A stretch of 23,040 nt of DNA from positions 1 to 23,040 of the forward strand of contig MNZT01000096.1 in NCBI GenBank assembly GCA_001873755.1, given 5' to 3'. The notes beneath the pieces were generated by a model. It was not told the DNA's origin. It did not search any database and saw nothing but the letters and a program-made list of their open reading frames with translations. The stretch comes from Candidatus Wirthbacteria bacterium CG2_30_54_11. Lineage in GTDB: Bacteria; Patescibacteriota; CG2-30-54-11. The position numbers and the translations under genes were made by a program. Within the stretch, counting starts at the first letter, position 1, and every line of letters begins with the position of its first letter. Below, one piece after another: positions 8,524 through 16,510 of the stretch.

Positions 8524-9402
8524 ATGGTCAAAAAGACGGATACGAAGATCATATCGATCAAAAAGGCGGTCTCCTGGATCAAGGACGGGATGACGGTTGC
8601 TCTGGGTGAATTTTCCTACCAGAATCTGCCGATGGAAGTGGTCAGGGAGATCATCCGTACACGGAAAAAGGATCTGACGATCATCTCCGGCCCTACTTCC
8701 GGTCTGGCCACTGATATGCTGATTTCCGCCGGATGCGTGAGTCGGGTGGTGACCGCCGGGGTCGGGTTTGAGGATGTTGCCGGAATCGCCCCGGGTTTCC
8801 GCTCGGCCTGTGAGAGGGGGACGCTAGAGGTCTGGGAGTGTGATGAGTGCATGTGGCAGGCAGGTCTGGAGGCCGCTGCCCGGGGACAGCCGTTCGCACT
8901 CTGGCAGGGGGGCATCGGCTCTGATATTCCTTCCTTGAATCCTTCTATTCATCTCGTCGTGGTCAGCCCCGCAGGCGAGGTAAAACGGGTCAGATCCCTT
9001 GGGAATGCGGCCCGGAGGGCCAAAGCTACCGGGGGCCAGATCTTTCTTCAGATACCGCCGATAGTACCGGATATCACGTTCATCCACGCGGCTACTGCCG
9101 ATGAGCTCGGGTTTGTCCAATATCCACAGAAGCGGTATCTGGGCAGAGTATTCAATGAAAAACTGCTCAGCGAAGCGACCCGGGGGCCGGTGATCGCGAC
9201 GGTAGAGAAGATAGTTTCTCATGAGCAGATCATGAAGCATCCGGAGCTGACGGTCATTCGGAACGCCTGGGTGGCCCAGGCGCCCCGGGGCGCCTGGCCG
9301 GGAGGCTGCAACGGGGTCTATCCGCCTGACCTGAAGGCGTACCGGGCGTATGTGCGCAGTGGCGGTGATGTACATTTATTCCTGGGAGAGGGAACAGTAT
9401 GA
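8524..9402 (+). CDS. Class I CoA-transferase family, alpha subunit (GctA-like), copy 1
   Basis: SIKKAVSWIKDGMTVALGEFSYQNLPMEVVREIIR..KDLTIISGPTSGLATDMLISAG; PDITFIHAATADELG. Confidence 0.85.
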   Translation: MVKKTDTKIISIKKAVSWIKDGMTVALGEFSYQNLPMEVVREIIRTRKKDLTIISGPTSGLATDMLISAGCVSRVVTAGVGFEDVAGIAPGFRSACERGTLEVWECDECMWQAGLEAAARGQPFALWQGGIGSDIPSLNPSIHLVVVSPAGEVKRVRSLGNAARRAKATGGQIFLQIPPIVPDITFIHAATADELGFVQYPQKRYLGRVFNEKLLSEATRGPVIATVEKIVSHEQIMKHPELTVIRNAWVAQAPRGAWPGGCNGVYPPDLKAYRAYVRSGGDVHLFLGEGTV

Positions 9403-10043
9403 CGCAGGTTTCCATGATCAAGGTCAACAAGAAGGCCAAAAAAGTATACCGGCAGGAAGTTCTCCATCGCGGACTTTTTGGGGTGCTTCTGGTCGTGGCG
9501 CTGGCCGTCGGGGTTGTCGCGGGCGGGTTTTTCTTTCCTGCGGTTCGCACGGCCAGCAGCCTGGAGCCGGATACTCCTGGAGACAGGTCCGCGATATCCG
9601 CGGCAGAACGATCTGCCGATCAGCAGAGCGATGAAACTGAAGCCACTTTTTTGTCCGTCGATGCTTCTCCGCCTCCGGCGGCAGAGGCTCCGGTTCCTGC
9701 CCCGGTAGAAGAACAGCCGGCCACCACGATCACTGAAACTACCGACCCGGCTGATATCAGCATGATCATTCTCAACGGTTCCGGGATCGACGGTGAAGCC
9801 GGCAGATTTGCCGAATACGCAGAAGGTAAAGGTGTATCCGTGGTCGGAACCGCGAACGCCAGGCAGTGGGACCATGAAGAGACAGAGATCTATTTTTCGG
9901 AAGATAATGCGGAAAAAGCAAAACTGGTCATGGAGCTGCTGGGCAAGCAATATCCCTGGATCATGTATACAGAAGCGCTCGACGGCAGGGATGCCGACAT
10001 AGTGATTGTCCTTGGTACTACTTCTCCTTTGCAGGGTTCCTGA
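9399..10043 (+). CDS. Membrane-anchored LytR_C-domain-like protein
   Basis: N-terminal TM segment GLFGVLLVVALAVGVVAGGFFF, Pro/Ala/Glu-rich linker, C-terminal SMIILNGSGIDGEAGRFAEYAEGKGVSVVGTANA...TEIYFSEDNAEKAKLVMELLGKQ resembling LytR_C. Confidence 0.65.
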   Translation: MTQVSMIKVNKKAKKVYRQEVLHRGLFGVLLVVALAVGVVAGGFFFPAVRTASSLEPDTPGDRSAISAAERSADQQSDETEATFLSVDASPPPAAEAPVPAPVEEQPATTITETTDPADISMIILNGSGIDGEAGRFAEYAEGKGVSVVGTANARQWDHEETEIYFSEDNAEKAKLVMELLGKQYPWIMYTEALDGRDADIVIVLGTTSPLQGS

Positions 10044-10849
10044 TGAGCAAGAATTATTCTACAGCGCAACTGATGACCTGCGTGATCGCCCGGGATCTCT
10101 CTGACAGCGACCGGGTGGCTTTTGGCCTGCATGCCGGTATTGGCCTGGGTGCAGCTCTGCTCGCCCAGAAGCTGCACGCTCCGCATCTGCAGATACGGCA
10201 TGGTCTGCACGAATCCCTGAAGCCTGCTCTCAGCCCCTCGGCGTGGACGGCAGAGAAAAGGACGGAGAGCCGGGTATCCTATTTTGAATCTCATGATGAA
10301 ATGCTGCTCTGGGGCAACCCGACCGGTAGTCAGACCTTTTCCAGCGTCTTTTTCATCAGTGGTCTGCAGATCGACCGGTACGGCGCGACCAATCTGGTGG
10401 GCATCAGGAACCAAGCTTCGAAACCACACATCTGGCTGGTCCGGGGACCCGGCAGCATCGGTACTCCGTCGGCAGCCTGGTTCTGTGCCAAATACTATCT
10501 GTTCTCTTTTTGCCACGATCTCCGCACATTTGTGCCCAAGGTAGACGTAGTGTCTGTGCCCGGTACTGATCGTCTGCGCGCTCTGGGTTACCCAAAGAAA
10601 TTTCCCCGTCTGTGCATCACTCCCCTGGGGGTTTTCGGCTGGGACAATGCCGAAGGAACCATGAAGATCATATCGCTTCATCCCGGAGTTACGATTGACG
10701 AAGTTCAGGAACGGACAGGATTTGAGCTCGTCCGTCCGGATCGGGTGAGAACCACAGAGATTCCTTCATCGGCTGAGCAGAAGGCACTTAAGGAGATTGA
10801 TCCCAAAGGTGAGATTTTTAAGCTCGATAGCACAATGCTGAGGGATTGA
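10043..10849 (+). CDS. Class I CoA-transferase family, beta subunit (GctB-like), copy 1
   Basis: LMTCVIARDLSDSDRVAFGLHAGIGLGAALLAQKLHAPHL...; FFISGLQIDRYGATNLVGI; SVPGTDRLRALGYPKKFPRLCITPLGVF; HPGVTIDEVQERTGFEL. Confidence 0.85.
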   Translation: MSKNYSTAQLMTCVIARDLSDSDRVAFGLHAGIGLGAALLAQKLHAPHLQIRHGLHESLKPALSPSAWTAEKRTESRVSYFESHDEMLLWGNPTGSQTFSSVFFISGLQIDRYGATNLVGIRNQASKPHIWLVRGPGSIGTPSAAWFCAKYYLFSFCHDLRTFVPKVDVVSVPGTDRLRALGYPKKFPRLCITPLGVFGWDNAEGTMKIISLHPGVTIDEVQERTGFELVRPDRVRTTEIPSSAEQKALKEIDPKGEIFKLDSTMLRD

Positions 10850-10851
10850 CC

Positions 10852-11601
10852 ATGACTACCATCATCACCTTGAAAGATATAGCTGATCTGATACCGGCCG
10901 GATCCCGTCTGATATGCGGTGGTTTTCAGGCCAACCGGGCTCCGGTCGGTCTCGTGCAGGCTTTGCTCGACGGCCCACCCGGTCAGTTCGCGCTTACCGC
11001 ACTGCCCAACCCGGTGCCGACCGACATGCTGCTTCGTGGTGACAGATTGTCTCTGCTTGATACAAGTTTCAATGGACTGGAGCTTTCGGACGGCTTCCAC
11101 TCCTCAGCCGGCTTTCGCCACGCCATAGAATGTACGAACATCGGTTGGAAAGAGAGCGATGTGTACGAGATCATCCAGGGAATGCGTGCGGCGGCCATGG
11201 GGCTGCCCTTCATACCGGCACCTGAGATAGCGGGTTCTCAGTATACGGAGAGTCAATATCACCGTATTCATCGCGTGGTCGACCCGTTCCATGGCGGGGA
11301 AAGTGTTTTTGCGGTTCCACCCTTGAACCCTGACGTGGCGCTTCTCCATGTGCAAAAGGCTGACCGTAACGGCAACCTCTGGATCGAGGATCCGCTCTAT
11401 GATGAGATCATTCTGCAGGCGAGCCGTCTGACGATCGTGAGCTGCGAAGAACTTGTCGACAGTATCGACCGGCCAACCATCAGTGGACTGTTCGTGGATC
11501 ATGTTCTGGCGATCAAAAACGGGGCGGCGCCGACCGGTTGCCGGGGGTATTACGGACCGGATGAGAAACGCCTGCAAGAGATCCTGGGAGGTACGCGATG
11601 A
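10852..11601 (+). CDS. Class I CoA-transferase family, alpha subunit (GctA-like), copy 2
   Basis: LKDIADLIPAGSRLICGGFQANRAPVGLVQALL; IIQGMRAAAMGLPFIP; NPDVALLHVQKADRNGNLWIEDPLYDEIILQASRLTIVSCEELV. ATG 10852 preferred over TTG 10846. Confidence 0.9.
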   Translation: MTTIITLKDIADLIPAGSRLICGGFQANRAPVGLVQALLDGPPGQFALTALPNPVPTDMLLRGDRLSLLDTSFNGLELSDGFHSSAGFRHAIECTNIGWKESDVYEIIQGMRAAAMGLPFIPAPEIAGSQYTESQYHRIHRVVDPFHGGESVFAVPPLNPDVALLHVQKADRNGNLWIEDPLYDEIILQASRLTIVSCEELVDSIDRPTISGLFVDHVLAIKNGAAPTGCRGYYGPDEKRLQEILGGTR

Positions 11602-12314
11602 ATCCTCGAGACAAGATGATCTCGTATCTGGCCGGTTTGATCCGGGATGGCGACCTCGTCTCCACCGGGGTGGCTTCGCTCATCCCTTTTCTGGCGGTCG
11701 CTCTGGCGAAGCGGACATACGCTCCTGCGAGCAGGTTCATCACCTGCAGCGGAGCGGTGGATCCGGTTTTTGAGCAGGCAGGCCTGTCCTCTGACGACAG
11801 CTCCACTTTTTCGTCCTGGTCTTCCTTCGTTCCTTTGCCTTCACTCTTTGACCTCGGGGTCCGTGGCGGCATCGATGTCATGTTCTTTTCCGGGGCACAG
11901 ATCGACCAGAGTGGCAGGATCAACCTCACTTCGATAGGTGATTATCTCAAACCCAAGGTCAAGTTGCCAGGTCCGGCTGGCTCCACAGTGATGCTCCGCC
12001 GGGTGCAGCGGCCGGTCCTGTTCACGCTGCAGCACACGACGCGGACGCTGGTTGCGGAGGTTGATTTCGTGACCGCAGACGGCTGCGCGACCAGAGACAG
12101 CATCGAGCTGGTGACGGAGCTCGGTGTGCTGACGCTTCGGAAGGATGCTCCGGCAGTGATGACCGCCCGGTTCAGTGATCTGTCAGAACAGGAGATACAG
12201 GAAAGGACCGCTTTCCCTCTTGTTTTTCAGAACCGAGAGGCGAGGGAGCAGGATATTCACACCAATACTGCTATACTGAACGAGCTGGACCCTGAGGGCC
12301 GCAGGTATCATTGA
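11598..12314 (+). CDS. Class I CoA-transferase family, beta subunit (GctB-like), copy 2
   Basis: LIRDGDLVSTGVASLIPFLAVALAKRTYAPASRFITCSGAVDP; MFFSGAQIDQSGRINLTSIGDYLKPKVKLPGPAG. ATGA overlap with the preceding alpha gene. Confidence 0.88.
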   Translation: MNPRDKMISYLAGLIRDGDLVSTGVASLIPFLAVALAKRTYAPASRFITCSGAVDPVFEQAGLSSDDSSTFSSWSSFVPLPSLFDLGVRGGIDVMFFSGAQIDQSGRINLTSIGDYLKPKVKLPGPAGSTVMLRRVQRPVLFTLQHTTRTLVAEVDFVTADGCATRDSIELVTELGVLTLRKDAPAVMTARFSDLSEQEIQERTAFPLVFQNREAREQDIHTNTAILNELDPEGRRYH

Positions 12315-12343
12315 GGACAAGTTTCCTAGAGGGGAGTCGTACG

Positions 12344-13894
12344 ATGAGATCAACGGTGAAACCATTCAAAAAGATTCTGATCATCAACCGCGGCGAAATC
12401 GCTGTGCGGGCCATCCGGGCCTGCCGGGAGCTCGGGATCTCGGTCGGGGTCATCTATAGCCGCGCTGATGTTCACTCCCTGCCGGTCAAGCTGGCGGATG
12501 AGGCTTTTTTCATGGAGGGCGAGAGCGACATCAGCGCCTATCTCGACCAGCAGAAGATCGTCGATGTCGCCAGGACTCATCGGTATGATGCGGTCTATCC
12601 CGGGTATGGCTTTCTGGCTGAGAATTCTTCTTTTGCTGCTCTGTGTGCGGAGCGGGGGATCGCCTTCATCGGACCGTCTGCTGCGGTGCTTCATTCACTG
12701 GGAGACAAAGTCGAGGCTAAACGAATCGCCCGTAAAGTCGGTGCGCCGCTCGTGCCAGGAGAGGACAGGGAGGTTCCCGATGACAAGGATGCCAGGGATA
12801 GCGCCCGGAAGATCGGATATCCGATTGTCGTAAAAGCCTCCGGCGGCGGTGGTGGGCGCGGGATTCGAGTGGTGATGAAGGAGGCTTTTCTTCTGAAAAG
12901 CGTGAAGGAAGCCCAGAGAGAAGCCAAACTGGCTTTTCATAATCCCGGCGTCTATATCGAAAAATTCATCGAAAATCCGCGTCATGTGGAATTCCAAATT
13001 CTGGGTGATCGCTACGGCAACGTCATCCATCTGGGCGAACGTGACTGCTCGGTTCAGCGCCGTCACCAGAAGCTGATCGAGGAAGCACCGTCTACCGTAC
13101 TGACCGAGGAAATGCGGCAGAAGATAGGAGCGTATGCCATCGCCATGGCTCGTGAAGTCGGACTGGTCGGCGTAGCCACGGTGGAATTCCTCGTGGATCG
13201 TCAGCAGAATTACTTTTTCATCGAGGTCAATCCGCGTATCCAGGTGGAGCACGGAGTGACCGAACTCATCTGCGGCATCGATCTGGTGAAGTGGCAGATC
13301 AGGGTCGCGCAGGGCGAGAAGCTTTCCCTTCGTCAGAAGGATATCGTGCTCCGAGGCCACGCCATCGAGTGCCGCATCAATTCAGAAGATCCCTTATCCG
13401 AATTTGCGGTCTCCACGGGCGTGATCGAACAGTACCTGCCGCCCGGAGGGACAGGTGTTCGGGTCTGCGGCGGGATCTTTGTCGGTCAGGAAGTATCCTC
13501 CCAGTTCGATACGCTCCTTTTGAAACTGATGGTCTGGGACGAAACGAGAGCAAAGGCGATCGAACGCATGAGGCGAGCCCTGGGAGAATGCATCATCGAA
13601 GGGGTCAAGACGACGCTGCCGTTCCATCGGACGGTCATGGACAACCGGAATTTTCAGAAAGGCGACGTGGATACGGATTTCATCCCCAAGAACAAGATCA
13701 GTCTCCAGATCAGGAAGAACGCCGAAAAGATGAGGCAGCCCAGCCTGCTGAACGACCAGGTCGAATCCATCCGGTATCGGGAGATCGCGCTCATCGCCGC
13801 GTCGGTCTACAAAAACCTGAAACGAGAAATGGGTACCGCGGGCAATGGCGGGTCGAACGCCTGGGTCACCTCGGCGCGTAAGGATCAAATGTAG
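12344..13894 (+). CDS. Biotin carboxylase subunit of acyl-CoA carboxylase
   Basis: KILIINRGEIAVRAIRACRELGI; KASGGGGGRGIRVV; RDCSVQRRHQKLIEEAPS; EVNPRIQVEHGVTE. ATG 12344 preceded by AGAGGGGAGT; the listed TTG 12311 start is less likely. Confidence 0.95.
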   Translation: MRSTVKPFKKILIINRGEIAVRAIRACRELGISVGVIYSRADVHSLPVKLADEAFFMEGESDISAYLDQQKIVDVARTHRYDAVYPGYGFLAENSSFAALCAERGIAFIGPSAAVLHSLGDKVEAKRIARKVGAPLVPGEDREVPDDKDARDSARKIGYPIVVKASGGGGGRGIRVVMKEAFLLKSVKEAQREAKLAFHNPGVYIEKFIENPRHVEFQILGDRYGNVIHLGERDCSVQRRHQKLIEEAPSTVLTEEMRQKIGAYAIAMAREVGLVGVATVEFLVDRQQNYFFIEVNPRIQVEHGVTELICGIDLVKWQIRVAQGEKLSLRQKDIVLRGHAIECRINSEDPLSEFAVSTGVIEQYLPPGGTGVRVCGGIFVGQEVSSQFDTLLLKLMVWDETRAKAIERMRRALGECIIEGVKTTLPFHRTVMDNRNFQKGDVDTDFIPKNKISLQIRKNAEKMRQPSLLNDQVESIRYREIALIAASVYKNLKREMGTAGNGGSNAWVTSARKDQM

Positions 13895-13901
13895 GTACAG
13901 C

Positions 13902-14543
13902 ATGACCACTGAAGCCAAGTCAAATCGTCGGATCGCGATTCTCGGTGGAGCTTACAATCCTCCGACTATTGCCTATGAAAAAATTGTGAGAGCTGTGCTC
14001 CAGAAGGATGCGGCGCAGGAAGTGTGGCTGATGCCCTATCAGGAGCGCGCATTTGGTAAATTCATGGCCGCCACCGCACAGCAGCGGTTCCGCATGGCTG
14101 AGCTCCTGGCTGGTCAGATCGGCGACCGGGTCAGGGCGTCTGAGGCCGAGATCGCAAGACAAGGGAAAAGCTACACCATCGATACGGTGCGTGAGCTGAA
14201 GAGACTGTATCCGGACTGCGAGTTCTGCTGGATCATCGGTACTGACCTCCTCTATGAGCTTTCGGACTGGAAAGATATCGAGGCACTTACCACGGAAGTC
14301 ACTTTTCTGGGCGTGCTCAGGCCGGGCTACCCGGTCAATGCACAGCTGGTGGACCGTTACCGCGTGCAGCTGCTGCTGGGACCCCGCCTCATGCCGGACG
14401 TATCCGCTTCTCTCGTGCGCCAGAGACTCGCTGCAGGCAAGAACATGCAGGGGCTGGTTCCCGAAGTGATTGAGCGTTATATTGAAGCAGAAAGACTGTA
14501 TCAACCCCAGACAGATCCTACCAGTGTTCAAAAGGAGGAGTGA
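13902..14543 (+). CDS. NadD-like nicotinate mononucleotide adenylyltransferase family protein with degenerate HxGH motif
   Basis: RRIAILGGAYNPPTIAYEKIVRAVL; QGKSYTIDTVRELKRLYPDCEFCWIIGTDLLYELSDWKDIEAL; ASLVRQRLAAGKNMQGLVPEVIERYI, matching the NadD scaffold. Confidence 0.82.
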   Translation: MTTEAKSNRRIAILGGAYNPPTIAYEKIVRAVLQKDAAQEVWLMPYQERAFGKFMAATAQQRFRMAELLAGQIGDRVRASEAEIARQGKSYTIDTVRELKRLYPDCEFCWIIGTDLLYELSDWKDIEALTTEVTFLGVLRPGYPVNAQLVDRYRVQLLLGPRLMPDVSASLVRQRLAAGKNMQGLVPEVIERYIEAERLYQPQTDPTSVQKEE

Positions 14544-16075
14544 TGAAAGATAAGATCGAGATCCTGAAAAAACGTCGGGTGGCGCTCTCTGACAGCAAAC
14601 GGACAGAATCCCAGCACGAGAAAGGCAGATTGACCGCGCGTGAACGCATCCTCATGCTGGTGGACAAGGAGAGCTTTGTAGAACTGGACCCCTATGTGCA
14701 GCTGCGGAGCCACAATTTCAACCTGCAGGAAAAGAAGACCGACGGGGATGGGGTTGTGACCGGCTACGGCAGGGTCAACGGCCGCAAGGTCGCCATCTAT
14801 GCCCAGGATGCGACGGCCATGGGCGGCAGCCTCGGGGAGATGCATGCGGCCAAAATCGCCCAGGTCCAGGATATGGCAATCAGCTGTGGCTGTCCTATCA
14901 TCGGCATCATCGACAGCGGCGGCGCCCGCATCCAGGAGGGAGTCAACAGCCTCGACGGCTATGCCGAGGTGTTCAACCGCAATGTCCGCTCCAGCGGCGT
15001 GGTCCCTCAGATCGCCGTCATCGTCGGCCCTTCGGCCGGCGGCGCCTGCTATTCCCCGGCGCTTATGGACTTCATCTTCATGGTGAAGGATCTGAGTTAT
15101 ATGTTCATCACCGGTCCCCAGGTGATCAAACTGGTCACCAGTGAGGAGATCGATTTCGAGGGACTCGGCGGCGCCATGGTGCACAACCAGAAGAGCGGGG
15201 TGGCGCATTTCGCCATGGCCAACGAAGAAGGCTGCTTCCATTTCGTGAAAAAGCTTCTCCGCTATCTGCCATCCAACAATCTGGAAGACCCGCCCCGGGT
15301 GCCGAGCGAAGATCCCGCTGACCGGTTGTGCGACCGGATACTGGATCTCGTACCGGCCGACTCTACCAAGTCCTACGAGATGAAGGATGTCATCGAGGAG
15401 ATCGTCGACCGGGATTCTTTCTTCGGTCTGCAGAAGTTCTATGCCCGGAACGTGATCATCGGGCTTGCCCGGCTGGATGGATTTCCGGTCGGCATCGTAG
15501 CCAATCAGCCCAAGATCCTCGCCGGCTGCCTCGATATCGACGCCTCGGACAAGATCGCCCGGTTCGTCACCTTCTGCGATGCGTTCAATATCCCAGTGGT
15601 CAACCTAGTTGATGTTCCCGGGTATCTTCCGGGCGTCAATCAAGAGCATCAGGGCATCATCCGCCACGGGGCCAAAATTCTCTATGCGTACGCCGCATCT
15701 ACCATTCCCAAGATATCGGTAGTTCTGCGCAAGTCGTACGGCGGGGCCTACATCGCGCTCTCGTCGAAGAAGATGGGCTACGATCAGGTCATCGCCTGGC
15801 CGACGGCGGAGCTCGCGGTCATGGGAGCGGAGCAGGCAGTCGATATCGTGTACGGCCGCGAGCTGAGCGAGAAGAAGAGCAAACGGCTCAGAGCCAGAAA
15901 GATCGAGGAATACCGTGAAAAATTCATGAATCCCTATACTGCTGCCCAGATGGGTCAGGTCGATATGATCATCGACCCGAGGGAGACCAGAAAGACCCTG
16001 ATCTCCAGCCTTTCCTTCCTCCGCACCAAACGCGTCCCCAAGGTCAGCCGCAAACACGGTTCCATGCCGGTCTAG
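14543..16075 (+). CDS. Acyl-CoA carboxylase carboxyltransferase subunit (PccB-like)
   Basis: HEKGRLTARERILMLVDKESFVELDPYV; GGSLGEMHAAKIAQVQD; DSGGARIQEGVNSLDGYAEVF; PSAGGACYSPALMDFIFMVKD; AWPTAELAVMGAEQAVDIVY. Strong SD AAAGGAGGAG. Confidence 0.95.
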   Translation: MKDKIEILKKRRVALSDSKRTESQHEKGRLTARERILMLVDKESFVELDPYVQLRSHNFNLQEKKTDGDGVVTGYGRVNGRKVAIYAQDATAMGGSLGEMHAAKIAQVQDMAISCGCPIIGIIDSGGARIQEGVNSLDGYAEVFNRNVRSSGVVPQIAVIVGPSAGGACYSPALMDFIFMVKDLSYMFITGPQVIKLVTSEEIDFEGLGGAMVHNQKSGVAHFAMANEEGCFHFVKKLLRYLPSNNLEDPPRVPSEDPADRLCDRILDLVPADSTKSYEMKDVIEEIVDRDSFFGLQKFYARNVIIGLARLDGFPVGIVANQPKILAGCLDIDASDKIARFVTFCDAFNIPVVNLVDVPGYLPGVNQEHQGIIRHGAKILYAYAASTIPKISVVLRKSYGGAYIALSSKKMGYDQVIAWPTAELAVMGAEQAVDIVYGRELSEKKSKRLRARKIEEYREKFMNPYTAAQMGQVDMIIDPRETRKTLISSLSFLRTKRVPKVSRKHGSMPV

Positions 16076-16087
16076 TACAGGTGGTCT

Positions 16088-16501
16088 ATGGCTTCGGACA
16101 GAACTACCAAGATCAATATCATCTTGAAAGAAACCAAGCATACGATCCGTTTTGTGGAAAACGGGCCGCAAGAGCTACTGGTGGGTATCGATGGTGCGAC
16201 CGTGCCGGTGGACCTGGACCGCATGGTCTCATCTCAGGATATTGAGAACCGATTTGAGCATGATGACGAGTTCGAGGAGGAGGGAAGTGAATCGAAAGTG
16301 ATATCCCCGATCCCCGGAGTGGTCACCAGTATATTTGTGAAAGAGGGAGACGAGGTTCAGTCAGGGCAGCCCCTGTGCATGATCCTGGCCATGAAGATGG
16401 AAAATGAAATTACAAGTCCGAGGACCGGGGCGATCAGGCAGGTCGGTATCCAGTCAGGACAATCAGTCATGAGCGGTCATATACTTTTCGAATTTGTCTA
16501 G
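16088..16501 (+). CDS. Biotin carboxyl carrier protein-like subunit
   Basis: C-terminal VISPIPGVVTSIFVKEGDEVQSGQPLCMILAMKMENEITSPRTGAIRQVGIQSGQSV with the AMKMEN biotinylation motif. Confidence 0.93.
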   Translation: MASDRTTKINIILKETKHTIRFVENGPQELLVGIDGATVPVDLDRMVSSQDIENRFEHDDEFEEEGSESKVISPIPGVVTSIFVKEGDEVQSGQPLCMILAMKMENEITSPRTGAIRQVGIQSGQSVMSGHILFEFV

Positions 16502-16510
16502 GAAATACTC

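Noticed and set aside
12695-13360. 221-aa minus-strand ORF inside the biotin carboxylase
   Set aside because: Antisense to highly conserved ATP-grasp motifs; no independent support.
14528-15241. 237-aa minus-strand ORF opposite the carboxyltransferase
   Set aside because: Shadow ORF fully antisense to a strongly supported PccB-like gene, His/Asp-rich composition typical of out-of-frame GC-rich codons, no recognisable domain.
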